This document shows positions 14,216 to 29,000 of a stretch of 64,000 bases of DNA, piece after piece; the first letter of the stretch is position 1; each line of letters starts with the position of its first letter. The position numbers and the translations under genes were made by a program. The notes below the pieces were generated by a model, which saw nothing but the letters and a program-made list of their open reading frames with translations, was not told the origin of the DNA and made no database searches. This DNA comes from Octopus sinensis (Eukaryota), in contig NC_043013.1 of NCBI RefSeq assembly GCF_006345805.1, positions 14,570,001 through 14,634,000 of the forward strand, given 5' to 3'.

Positions 14216-14464
14216 GTTTCAAATTTTGGCACAAGGCCAGCAATTTCGGAGAAGAGTGTTAGTCGATTATATCGACCCCAGTGTTCAACTGGTACTTAGT
14301 TCATCAACCCTGAAAGGATGAAAGGCAAAGTCAACCTCAGCAGAATTTGGTCCCAGAACGTTAATTCAGACAAAATGCCGTTAAGTATTGTGCCCAGCAT
14401 GCTAACAATTCTGCCAGCTCGCCACCTTATTAATAACAACAACAATAACAACAACAACAACAAC

Positions 14465-14498
<34 letters not shown>

Positions 14499-16622
14499 CC
14501 CCGATGCAGTACCAGGCAGTGGCTCATGCTTCTGATCTTAACTGATTGGAAGTGTTATCATGTACATTGTTTGTCTTGGTATAAAAGATGGGCTACAGCA
14601 AATATTCTGCTCAATACCACAGATTTGCTTGTCAGTTGTTGACCTTAACCAGTTGAGCATGTCCCTTAGTGGCTGACGATGTATGCATCTCTGATCACGA
14701 GCAGAAGTAGGGGGAGCATCATGGCCATGTGTTGAGAGGGATTCTTCGGGGTTTGAATAATTCACCTTTGGAAACATGGTGTTTCGTTCATCTCCTAAAG
14801 CAACCCTTATTCAGGGACCTTTTGAGCAGGATGGGCTACTCGACCTGAAGAAAATTCTAACTGGGCCCCACCTGCAAGGTCATGTGCTGTTTATCTTGAT
14901 ATGATCACCATGTCGCGCACATATGGTTGTGATGCATGTGCCTGGTGTACTTTATCAGACGGGTAGTCATGATGGATATTGGGCTTCGTATATTTTACCC
15001 CAGTGTCACTTTGATGGCATGAACTGCTCTCTCATCAATAATAATAATAATATAATAATAATGATAATAATAATAATAATAATAATGAAAATAATAATAA
15101 TAAAATAATAATAATAATAATAATAATGAAAATAATAATAATAATAATATGGTAAGGGAGTTTATTTTTAAATTAAATATTAACATTTTTTTGAAAAATA
15201 AGTCTTTTATTCTAAAACTAGACAGGTTGGTATCAAAAGGGTTTTTAAAAAATATCACCAGATTAAATATCAAGAATGCACAGAAAGAAAGAAAGAAGAA
15301 AACAAACAAGAATATCATGCAACTGAATGACTTACCCAATTGAGAGAGAGGAACATCTTCAGGTCCAAAGGATCCCCACTAAGTTCCCCATCTATCATAG
15401 TCAGGGAATGACAAGAGGCCATACATATCGTCAGAGGGTTTTGAGGCTGCATCGTTGCTGGTTCATAAACCAATCCTTGAAACCTAGTCAGAATTTTAGC
15501 ACAATTAATAAATAATTCGCAACATCGACAAAATTATTCAGACACTTAATTCATTACACCTTTCATAATAAGAAACACTTACTGGTTATGATCAGTTGGA
15601 ATAACTGCCCATAAGTCCAAGCCATCTTCAGTTAATGTTCCTGTCTGGAAAAAAAAATATAATAATAATAATAATAATAATAATGGATGTGAACACAGCA
15701 TTAGAGCAGAAGAAAACAACATAGCATGGTATGTTAAAAATGCCACAGAACTGCTATTTTTAGAAGTAAGAAGGTCAGGCTTGTGTAGGATGAAAGATTG
15801 CAAAGATAAAGCACAGTACAAGCAATTGAAAATGAACGAAACTAAAAATAGGTGGGTAAAGAAAAGAATGCATGGACAATTTCATAGGGATGAAGATAAT
15901 CTGTGCTGCCCAAGAGCAAGCACTAAGAACAAATTACATAAAATACAGAATAGACAACACATCAGAAAGTGATAAGCGCAGAATTTGTGGACAAATTGGT
16001 GAAACCGTACGGCATATTAGCAGTCAATGTACGCCGCTAGCCCAGAAGGAATATAAGAGAGGCTACGACAATATAGCAAAGCTTGTCCATTGGACACTTT
16101 GCAACAAGTATGGACTTGACAGAGCAAAAAATCAGTACAACCATAAACCGAAGGCATGACCGAAAATGATAATGCAAAGAGCCTGTGGGATTTTATGATT
16201 CAGTGCAACTATGAGATAGAGAATAGGAAGCCAGACATAGTCTTAATCGAGAAAGAAACCAAACTATGCTGGATCATAGATATAGCATGCCCAGCTGACA
16301 ACAAGGTATGCAATAAGGAAGAAAGAAAAGTCGATAGGTATGACAGGTTAGCTTGGGAGGTAAAGCAGTTGTGGTCGATGGAAAAGGTGGTAGTAGTACC
16401 AATAATTATTGGAGCCCTGGGAACAGTGAGTAAAAATCTTGACAAGTACATGGAACAAATAGAGGCTGTAATAAGGGTGAAGCACTTGCAGAAAACAACA
16501 CTGCTTGGAGCTGCTTGAATACTCCAGAAGGTGCTCGAAAAATATGGGGTGTTACCTTAGTTCACTGGTAGTGAACAGCTGACACCGTAGTACATCTCCA
16601 GCGTTAGAAGCTGTGCAAAGGC

Positions 16623-16658
<36 letters not shown>

Positions 16659-19600
16659 TATTATTATTATAATAATCCTTTCTACTATAGGCACAAAGCC
16701 TGAAAATCGGGGGGAGAGGACTAGTCAATTACATCGATCCCAGTACTCAACTGGTACTTAATTTATCGACTCCAAAAGGATGAAAAGCAAAGCCAACCTC
16801 AGCAGAATTTGAACTCAGTACATAAAGATGGATGAAATGCCACTAAACATTTTGCACAGCTTGCTAACAGTTCTGCCAGCTCCAGGCACTGGCTCACATT
16901 GCTTCTGATCTTAACTGATTGGAAATGTTATCATGTACATTGTTTTGTTTTGGTATAAAAGATGGGCTTCAACAAATATCCTGCTGAATACCACAGATTT
17001 GCTTGTCAGTTGTTTGACCTTAATCAACTGAGGATCAATGGGATTGAAGCAGGTAGCTTTATGCCAGGTGAAGAGAGGTTAAAGCATGGTAGAGAGATGA
17101 ATACAAGTGTCTTGCTATGGTAGAGATACATGGCTGCCTTCAACTGGGAAAAAGAGAAGTTACAGGAAGATTGATACGCATGGTACAGAGGGTGAGTGTG
17201 AAAAGCAAGTGGTAGATGGAGAAAGGTGGCGAGCTGGCAGCAACGTTAGCAGGCTGGGCGAAATGCTTAGCGGTATTTCGTCTACCATTACGTTCTGAGT
17301 TCAAATTCCACCGAGGTCGACTTTGCCTTTCATCCTTTCGGGGTCGATAAATTAAGTACCAGTTGCGCACTGGGGTCGATGTAATCGACTTAATCCGTTT
17401 GTCTGTCCTTGTTTGTCCCCTGTGTTTAGCCCCTGTGTTTAGCCCCTTGTGGGTAGTAAAGAAATAGGTATTTCGTCTACCATTACGTTCTGAGTTCAAA
17501 TTCTGCCAAGGTCGACTTTGCCTTTCATCCTTTCGGGATCGATAAATTAAGTACCAGTTGCGCACTGGGGTCGATGTAATCGACTTAGTCCATTTGTCTG
17601 TCCTTGTTTGTCCCCTCTGTGTTTAGCCCCTTGTGGGTAGTAAAGAAATAGGTAGATGGACAGAGATGGGGTCAGAGCGGAATGCAGTGAATGAACACAG
17701 GTGGAGGAATGGTCAACTGTGAATACCAGTTGGAGGGGAAGGTGAAAGAAGTAGGTGTGGGTCAGGGAGGTCACATGTAGCAGCACAGATGAAAATAAAA
17801 ACAGTACCAGACAGTAATAAATACTAATAATAAAAGGACTTACCTTGTCAAAACAAATAAGATCTAACTTGCCACAGAAGTTAATCCGAGGTGGACTAAT
17901 ACAGAATATGGCCCTCTTTTTCAGACGGTTTTGGGCATATACCATTCCAACTGTCATGGCAGCTGGTAGAGCAGGAGGGACAACAATTGTGATTATGTCC
18001 AGAGCTCGTATGATGATTTTAGAGATAGTGAGCTAAAATGAAATAGAAAAGAAAAAAAAATAATAGTAGCGCTACATTCATGTTTTTTTTCTTTTGCTAA
18101 TAAAAATTTATCATATGCAACAGAAGCAGTATTTGTTTAGAACAGCCATCTGTGTATCATATTTAAAGCAGGTATTTTATTCAGCTGGCCAGCTGATTGC
18201 ACTATTAGTGGATTTTCTCAATCACTGTTTTACTATGTCAGTAATGGCAGATTTTGCTTTAGCATGCAATTGTCAGTAGATACTTGCTACTCACAAAGCA
18301 GAAATGCACATTTAGCAAGGTCACCTCAGCTGCCAGACAATTTTTTTGTGTTACTGATATATTTTTGTGTTGTCTATTAGAGATACTATCTCAGGACAAA
18401 TACCACAGTTAATTAGGCTTCCCATGATCTATCTGCCTTAAGCTTGATGCACAGATTGCTATTTTAAACTAATACTGCTTCTGTTGCACCTAACAAATTT
18501 ATTTCGATATATATATTATTCAAAATATTATGATTCAGCTCCAAGTAAAGTGAACTACTTACATGGTGTATCATGTTGGTATATGTACTGTACCCCATTC
18601 CACATATGGCCACTATGCAAAGAAACAGCAAGAATTTGAGAGCATCATTATAGAATTTGAAGCCGAGAGGTTTTGGAAATAAGATGGCTCTTATGAGTTC
18701 ACCTTTCGCAGTGTTGAAACCTGAAAAGAGAAAAGAAAGAAAAAATTCACATTATGCTATATATAAAAAGCGACAAACAGATATATCATCATTTAACATC
18801 CACTTTTTCATGCTTGCATGAGTCATATGGAATTCATTGAGGCAGATTTCCTACAGCTGGATGCCCTTCCTGTCACCAACTCTCACCTGTTTCCAAGTAG
18901 AATAATACACGTTCTCCATAGAAACTGGAAATGAATAACATTTACATTCGAGCGAGGTCATTGCCAGTACCGCCTGACTGGTCCCCGTGCCGGTGGCATG
19001 TAAAAAGCACCCACTACACTCTCGGAGTGGTTGGCGTTAGGAAGAACATCCAGCTGTAGAAACTCTGCCAGATCAAGATTGGAGCCTGGTGCAGCCATCT
19101 GGTTCGCCAGACCTCAGTCAAATTGTCCAACCCATGCTAGCATGGAAAGCGTTAAACGATGCTGCTGCTGATGATTATGATATGACAGCAATGCTTGTTT
19201 ACATACAGCACATGATGTGAAGTCAAGAGTACGCACACCTGCACACATATCATTTACTTGTTTCAGTCATAAGACTGCAGTCATGCTGGGGTACTGCCAT
19301 GAAAGGTTTTAGTTGAACAAATCGACCCCAGAACCTATTATTTAAAACTCGATACTTATTCTGTCAATCACTTTTGCTAAACCACTAAGTTACAGGCATG
19401 TAAACACACCAACACTGGTTGTCAAGCGGTGGTGGGGGACAAACACAGACACAAAGTCACGCACACAGATATATATATATATACATACATACAACAGGCT
19501 TCTTTCAGTTTCCAGCTACCAAATCCACTCACAAGGCTTTGATCAGCCTGAAGTTATAGTAGAAGATACTCACCCATGGTACCATGAACCTGGAACCATG

Positions 19601-20641
19601 CGGATGTAAAGTAAGCTTCTTACCACACATCTACGCCTGCATCTATAACAGATTTCTTTCAGCTTCCATCTACCCAATCCACGCACAAGGCTTTGGTTAG
19701 CACGAGGCCACAGTAGAGATACTTGTCTGAGGTTCCATGCAGTGGGACTGAACCAAAGACCCTATGTTTGGGAAGCAAGCTTTCTTAACCACAGACACAC
19801 CTGCACATATATATATCATTACCATCATCATCATCATTTAAACATTTATCTTCCATGGGTTGGACGGCTTGACGGCCATCCTTCCTTTCCTCCTGTTGTC
19901 TTCATCTTACCCTGTGTTAAGGAGTAGGTTGACTGAGATGGTGTCTATGTAAGGCGGCAAGCTGGCAGAAACGTTAGCACGTCGGGCGAAATGCTTAGCA
20001 GTATTTCGTCTGCCGCTACGTTCTGAGTTCAAATTCCGCCGAGGTCGACTTAGCCTTTCATCCTTTCAGGGTTGATTAAATAAGTACCAGTTACGCACTG
20101 GGGTCGATATGATCGACTTAATCTGTTTGACTGTCCTTGTTTGTCCTCTCTGTGTTTAGCCCCTTGTGGGTAGTAAAGAAATAGGTGTCTATGTATGTTC
20201 ACAGCTGCATAAGCACATAAGACAATTAACGGTAGCACAGTACATACTATCTTGGCATGCTCGATTGTAAGTGATGGTTATGCTACAATCTGTACATTAC
20301 TGCTTGTTACTATTTATTTATTAGTAGCTGTTTGTTACTGTTTGTTAGTACCTGTCTGATGGTACCTATTTATCTGTTAGTATCTATTTGTTTACATCTG
20401 TGTGTTTGTACCTATTGCTACCTGTCTGTTTGTAGCAAATATGAAACCTCATTAACAGTCAATATTGTAGACTAATTACTCACCAGTCCTAACTACTACT
20501 GCCAATACCTTGGCCTGTCCATAATACCTGGTCTGAAGGACATTGGTACCGGCAAACAGAGTGTATTTCTTGTGAATGGCCGGGGAGTAAATTTCATTGT
20601 CGTGGCCACTTAGCTGAGTTTTTGTCACTGGAACGCTTTCA

Positions 20642-20679
<38 letters not shown>

Positions 20680-20733
20680 GTAATAATAATAATAGTAATA
20701 ATAATAATAATAGTAATAATAATAATAATAATA

Positions 20734-20811
<78 letters not shown>

Positions 20812-20887
20812 TAATAATAATAATAGTAATAGTAATAATAATAGTAATAGTAATAATAATAGTAATAGTAATAATAATAATAATAAC

Positions 20888-20921
<34 letters not shown>

Positions 20922-20922
20922 T

Positions 20923-20956
<34 letters not shown>

Positions 20957-23563
20957 GTCGGACATAGTCTTAATTGAGAAAGAAAACAAACTATGCTGGA
21001 TCATAGATATAGCATGCCCAGCTGACAACAAGGTATGCAATAAGGAAGAAAGAAAAGTCAACAGATATGACAGGTTAGCTTGGGAGGTTAAGCAGTTGTG
21101 GTCAATGAAAAAGGTAGCAGTAGTACCAATAATTGTCGGAGCCTTGGGAACAGTGAGCAAAAATCTCAAGAAGTACATGGAACAAATAGGGGCTGTAATA
21201 AGGATGGAGCACTTGCAGAAAACAACATTGCTTGGAGCTGCTTGAATACTCTGGAAGGTGCTCGGAAAATAAGGTGTTACCTTAGTTCACTGGTAGTGAA
21301 CAGCTGACACCGTAGTACATCTCCAGCGTTAGAAGCTGTGCAAAGGCAATAATAATAATGATAGTAATAATAATAATAATTGTTTCAAATTTTGGCACAA
21401 GGCCAGCAGTTTTAGAGAGCGGGAGTTAGTCAATAACATCAACCTCAGTACATCACTGGTACTTTATTTCATCAGCCCTGAAAAGGTTAAAGACAAAGCT
21501 AGCCTTGTCGGGATTTGAACTCTAGAAAAACGATGACGCCATGGTGATCTCATTCTTGCTCACAACATCATAAGCGGAAAGCATAACCTCTCGAAAGAGC
21601 TGTTCTTCACTCCTGCTCCAGAGCGTCGGCTGCGGGGTCACTCCGAAAAGCTCTATCTGCAACGATTTCATCTCAATCGAAGGAGAGGGGCTTTCTCCGT
21701 CCGGGTTGCAGATCCATGGAATAAGCTGCCGGACGAGATAGTGAAGATGCCAATGACCGCTCGGTTCAAAGTCTCTCTTGACCAGAAATGGCCTGAACTC
21801 TTTGCATGAACACCCACTCTGTACATAACACCATGTCCCCCTACATGGCCTTGCTTTTCGCTTTTTGAGCCAAAAAATTAACTTAACTTAACTTAACTCA
21901 GAATGTAAAGAGCAAGAAAAATATGCCAGTCAGCAGTTTGTCTGATATGTAACTGATTCTGCCAGCTTGCAGCATTTCTTTCACAAAGCCAGCAATTTTA
22001 ATTACACCAAACTTAGTACTTGACTGGCATTTATTTTTATCAGTCCCATAAGGAAGAGAGAGGCAAAGTTGACTTCAGGATAATTTGAACTCGGAACGTA
22101 AAGCACCAGACGAAATGCTGCCAAGCATTTTGTTTCATGTGCTAGCAATTCTGTCAGCTCAGTTTCTCATTTAGGCACAAAGCCAGCAATTTAAAGAGGA
22201 AAGAAAATAATCAAGGCGCAGGAGTGGCTATGTGGTAAGTAGCTTGTTTACCAACCACATGGTTCAGGGTTCAGTCCCACTGCGTGGTACCTTGGGCAAG
22301 TGTCTTCTACTATAGCCTCGGGCCGACCAAAGCCTTGTGAGTGGATTCGGTAGACGGAAACTGAAAGAAGCCCGTCGTATATATGTATATATATGTGTGT
22401 ATGTTTGTGTGTCTGTGTTTGTACCCTTAGCATTGCTTGACAACCGATGCTGGTGTGTTTATGTTGCTGTCACTTAGCGGTTTGGCAAAAGAGACCAATG
22501 GAATAAGTACTAGGCTTATAAAGAATAAGTCCTGGGGTCGATTTGCTCGACTAAAGGTGGTGCTCCAGCATGGCCGCAGTCAAATGACTGAAACAAGTAA
22601 AAGAGTAACACCATCAACCCCCAAATAATTCACTGACACTTTCAGATATATAAATTTTTCAAGAAATAGAATAATTAAATAAAATTCCAAAAGTCCACCA
22701 GGAACACCACAACAGACACCACCACAAAAAAAAAAAAAATAGGAACAACAATGAAGTAAAGAATAAAAAAATTAGGGGATTTTGGTATCCGGTTCACTCA
22801 ACCCTTGACCCTTACCGGTTAGCATACTTTCATTAATTATACAAGTTCCAGTAATAAGAACAGCATCACACTGTAGAACACATCCATGGGCAGGTATGGC
22901 TATCACATCACCAGGCACCAATGTATTGGTATCAACTTCATCAAACCCTACAATGATAGATACGCACATACATATAATAAAAGCACAAACATAGAACATA
23001 ATTGTGTTTTCAACACTATAACATATTTAAAAGCAAAACCTGTTTCCTATGTATATATATATCTATATATATAAATCTCTAGTTGTGTGAGTGTCTGTCC
23101 CCTTCGATTTAGATTCCTAACTCCTCCCACATTTTGCGGTGCAGTTTAACCAAATTCGGGTATCTTATAGTCGTGATTCATATCGAGCTCGTCTGAGTAT
23201 TAGCGCGCGTCTACGATGAGTCTACGATTTTAAAAATAATTTAACATCATTTTTATTCATTTTAATGAATAAAATGCATCATGTGTCGATGGCGGCGGAG
23301 TTGGCGTCCACGCTCACAGCTGCACCTGTTTGCTTCTCCCCCTTCCCTCCCTCGTGAAGCTGTGGGGAAGGGAGTGTAAAGAAATCAACGTCGTAATGCG
23401 TTGTGAAGGAAACCAGCGTTCTTTTAGACAACGACTTCATGGCTTGAAGACACCAAAACAAAAATGGCTAAGAAAGCCCGAATTTATAAGGGAAGTAACT
23501 CTCTAAAAATGCTTATATAGTTATTTCCCTTACAAACCCGAGCAACGCTGGGCGATACTGCTA

Positions 23564-23613
<50 letters not shown>

Positions 23614-26062
23614 AGAGTTTATGAAAAAAAAAAAAGACGAAGACAGGTGGTGTACAAAAACAAACAGATATGTATTAGTATAACGCTCAGGAATAGAAAA
23701 AGTCTTTTACGTTTCGAGCCTACGCTCTTCTACAGAAAGGGACACAGAAAAAACAAGGAGAGAAACAAGGAGAGAAAAAAATATGTGTAGTGGCTAACGA
23801 TCTATCAGGGCGACTAGTGCCGGACAGAAGGGTCAAACAGGAGAAGGAAAGTAGGGGAGATAACAAGGTAAAGATGACCCCCAACACAAAGGTGCGTGTG
23901 TGTATATGAGAGTATGTATGTGTGTGTGAAAGAGGGCTGGTGTGTTCATGTCCCTGTAACTTAGCACTTTGGCAAAAGATACCAATAGAATAAGTACAAG
24001 GCTTAAAAAAAAAGTCCAGGGGTCAATTTGTTTGACTAAAACCTTTCAAGGCAGTGCTCCAGCATGGCTGCAATCAAATGACTGAAACAGGTAAAAGAAT
24101 AAAAGAATATAAATTGGTTGGTATTAGGAAAGGTGTCCATGGCAAAGATGACATTGGAGATTGATGCAGCCCTACAGCTTGCTGGATTTGGTCAAACCAT
24201 CCGATTCATGTCAGGACACTAACTGACGATGATGAGGATACACACACATACACATGTATTGTATTACAAGTAAAAGAAAGAATACAATATCATCATCGTT
24301 ATCATCGTTTAACGTCCGCTTTCCACGCTAGCATGGGTTGGACGGTTTTGACTGAGGGCTGGCGAACCAGATGGCTGCACCAGGCTTCAATCTTGATCTG
24401 GCAGAGTTTCTACAGCTGGATGCCTTTCCTAAGGCCAACCACTCCAAGAGTGTAGTGGGTGCTTTTACATGCCACCGGCATGGGGCCAGTCAGGCGGTAC
24501 TGGCAAAGACCTCACTCGAATCTTTTATACATGCCACCAGCACAGGTGCCAGTAAGGCGATGCTGGTAACGATCACGCTCGAATGGTGTCTTTTACATGC
24601 CACCAGCACAGAGGCCAGATAGCCACTCTGGCACAAAATATATATTGCAAAATTTAATAGGAAAACACAAGTTGACTCACTCTGTTACTTTGTTATATGA
24701 CTGCACTGCATGTGGAAAGAAAATCATTGAGTGAACAGCTGTTTCAATATGTACATCCACATGCATACATATGTGTGTATATATGAAAACAGCTGTTTGG
24801 ATGGAAAGATAGATTGATGGGGGATATATTAGCGTATGAATGTTCATCAGGGCATGGTACAAAAAAAAATCTAAATGAAAGAAATCAATACTGTGATCAA
24901 TACTATGACTTGTTCGTAATTATGTTGACAAATGTACAAACTTATTTTATTTCGTTTTTGGATTTGGTTTGCAAGATTCTTTATATGAGTTCCTGTGTTG
25001 AAGCATATTCTGTTGTGTCTGGGGAGAGTCATTTTCGTTTTGTGCCTTATAATGTAACACACTCACCGGTAAAATTTCCACTTATTTCTTTTTTCTTTAT
25101 ATAAGTAGAAATTTTACCAGTGAGTGTGTTACATTATAAGGCACAAAAAGAAAATAACTCTCCCCAGACACAACAGAAATTTATTTTAGTCCTCAAGGAA
25201 ATTTTGAAAAACTATCGAATTTGTTTTGAGAGACAAAACAGAGAAACAAATAAACATACTAATAAATAAATAAATGTCTTTACATGCTGGTGCCATGTAA
25301 AAAGTATCTGTGCCAGTGGCACGTACAAAGCACCTATGTCAGTGCCACATAAAATGCATCAAGGCTGGTGCCATGTAAAAAAAAAGCACCTGTGCAAGGG
25401 TCACATAACAGAGTACCCATGCCAGCACTGCATTAAAAAGCACCTGTAACCAGCACTGAGTAAAACAGCACCACCCATGCCAGTGCATAAAAAAATCACC
25501 CAGTACACTCTGTAAAGTGGTTGGTGTTAGGAAGGGTATCCAGCCAACCAAATCATACCAAAACAGACAACTGCAACCTGGTGCAACCCTCTGGCTTGCC
25601 AGCTCCTGTCAAATCATGGAATCCATGGACGGGAAATGGATGTCGAATGATGATGACGATGAGCTATGTAAAAACAAATTTCAAATCAACACTCACGTTC
25701 ATCACTTCTGCGCACCCGAATCTTCTCCCTGGTAGAAGTGACCATATCATGTAAAGTCACGCTTTGCTGTATGAGACAAATAAAAAAAAAAGAGAGAGAG
25801 ACAGAGTGAGAAGAAGGTTAGTTTATTAAAAAATTAAAGACAACAGAAGACAGGAATTTTCAAGAAACTATGAAGATAATATAAACTTGTGATAATATAG
25901 GTGCAGGAGTGGCTGTATGGTAAGTAGCTTGCTAACCAACCACATGGTTCCGGGTTCAGTCCCACCGCATGGCATCTTGGGCAAGTGTCTTCTGCTATAG
26001 CTCTGGGCCGACCAACGCCTTGTGAGTGGATTTGGTAGACAGAAACTGAAAGAAGCCTGTTG

Positions 26063-26099
<37 letters not shown>

Positions 26100-29000
26100 G
26101 TGTGTGTGTCTTTGTGTGTCTGTGTTTGTCCCCCTAGCATTGCTTGACAACTGATGCTGGTGTGTTTATGTCCCTGTCACTTAGTGGTTTGGCAAAAGAG
26201 GCTGATAGAATAAGCACTGGGCTTACAAAGAATAAGTCCCGAGGTCGATTTGCTCGACTAAAGGCGGTGCTCCAGCATGGCCACAGTCAAAATGACTGAA
26301 ACAAGTAAAAGAGTAAAGAGTTGTGAAGGAAAAACCCCCTTTGACAATACCCACCCCCATCACTCAACTAACTTGCTCGCAGTATATGACTGGAGCTGTG
26401 CTTACTGACCCTGGTAAAGGACAGAATTTGCATTGAGGCAGATTTTCTACAGTTGGATGCTGTTCACAAGACTTTGGTTGGCTCAGGGCTATAGTAAAAT
26501 GTACATGCATAAGGTACTTCACAGTGGAATTGAACCAGAAATCATGTGGTTGGGAAGCAAACTCCTTAACCACACAACACTACACATACATCTTTTTAGC
26601 ATTCAAAGAATCCATAGCAGTTAAACGAGAGGGAGTGAAAGTGTGTGTGTATATGTGTGTGTGTGTGTATATATATATATACACACACACATTCACAATA
26701 ATAATAATAAGGATTATTATGAAGTGGTATAGCATTACCTTTAATTCTTTTTATATATACATTATTTAATAAACACAATGCATCCATCCATCTATCCATC
26801 CATACATACATACACACACACATACAACAAGCTTCTTTCAGTTTGCGTTTACCAAATTCACTCACAAGGCTTTTGTTGGCCTGGAGCAATGTAAAAGACA
26901 CCTGCCCAAGCTACCATGCATTGAGACTGAACCTAAAACTATGTGGACAGGAAGCAAACTTAGCCACAAAGCCACACCTGCACCTACACACACACACACA
27001 CACACACATACATACATAGTCTCATTATATAAGAATGAAAACATTCCTGAAGGTGCCCTAATTTGACAAGTAAAAACCAGCATTAATCATGGCCCTAGTC
27101 ACACACTAACTCTGAATAGATCCTAGCGATATACATACTAGAAGATAGTTTAAATTAAAAAGTAATACAAAATATATGTTTTTCATATAAAACTGAGGTA
27201 ATGGCCAGATTAACCATTGCTATTTGCGATAGAGAAGTGTTCAGGAGATATTCTTATTGATTAAATTTGTGGTTATGTTTTGCTTAGAACATATATTTAT
27301 GTACATGGAATTTTGTAAATAGGTGTGTATATTCAAGTGTGTAACATTCAGGTCATGGGATTGTCTTTTAGTGATTCACAAAAAGGGCGTAGGTAGGGCT
27401 AACATGTGACAGTAGTTTTAGTTATTGTTGGTTATATTGGATTTAATAACTAGCTTTGACAATGTAAGGATCAAATGTTCTATGTTCAGTGCAGTATTTA
27501 GAAACTTAGTAATTGGGTGTGTCAAATTTTTTTGTAATTGAATATTTTGAAGGTTCACAAAAGAATGTAAGTAGGTAAGTAGAAAAGTATAGAGTAACCT
27601 ATCAGATTAATGTAAAATTGCTTTTATTATAACTAATCATAAATACAAACATTAATGTGTGTGCATGTATGTGTGTGTGAGGTCCACAATTATACAAAAA
27701 CACACACAAACAGGTGAAAGAACAACAAACAGAGTGTAATAAATGCTCAGAAAATTGGAAGAAGTCTTTAAAGCTTTGAGCTTATGCTCTTCTTCAGAGA
27801 GGAATGAGGAAAGAAAACAGATGGAGAGAGAAAAGAGATGGAGAGAAAAATATAAAAATACAAAATGGGACAAGAACGCAAAACATCTGGACAGTTAGGT
27901 GATACAAAAATGGGACAACAAAACATCCAGATAGACGATACTAAGAAAACAAGGACAGGCCATTCGAAGTTTTCTTTCTCAGTCGAGTACCAGATTATCT
28001 TTGCAATTTCGGCTGATTATACTTGAGATTGCTCCAACCTGGCCAGTCCCAAGGAAAAACTAAGCTAAGAGCATTAGATTCCTTGGAAGGAAGCAGTGAA
28101 TGTATAAAAAAACAAGGACCGAAAAAAACGGACAATGTTACACAAATACAATAAGAATAATAACAGGACGTAATAACAGGTGTCTTTCGACTAAGGGTGA
28201 ATTAAATTAAGCTGGCATGTGTGGAAATGAAGTCTTACGGCAGGCATACAAGATTTCACAGGTACAGGGAGGAATATCGATGTTGCACGGACAACAGCCA
28301 GACCAAGAGAGAAAGATCAAGCTTGGCCAAACGCCGGTCACATGGGAAGAGAAGAGAGGTAGAGGCAGAGGGACATATATATATATATATTGTGGATGAG
28401 ATATTCTCCACACACCACCTACAAGCTCATCATTCACTGAGTAAATAAAAACAAAAAAAAAACAGTGCGACTCAGACAGAGAAATGGTTGTGCTTACCTT
28501 GTGGGTTTCATACAAGGAAATGCTTATGGACATACAGGAAATAAAGAAGATACAACCAGCATAGTAATAATAGACATCGATAGCCCAGAGTATGATGCTG
28601 GCTATTTGGAAGATGTAAAATGGATTGAGAATCTGCAAAATAATTAACAGATAATTAATTAACATTCGACAAATCCGATGTGATATAATCGAAAAAAAGC
28701 AAAAATATTTTTCTTTCGTTATTTTATTCATTTTTTCCAAGCTTCCCTAAATAAGTGGAAAGTACTTTTTTGTTTTTTTGTTTTTTTTTTAAGAGGATCT
28801 CTTTTCAAACTGCAAGCACTCAATTGTGAAGTAAGAGTGAAACTTATATTCAGGCAGGCAGACTGAGGCAAGGAGCTTTCATATGCTATACACAAGAGTA
28901 TAATATGACAATTGTGGCAAGTTTTGAACACATGAACATGGAGTGAGAAATCCAGTATCTTAACCACATAGCTATTGTAAGGTTTGAACACCTGACCATG

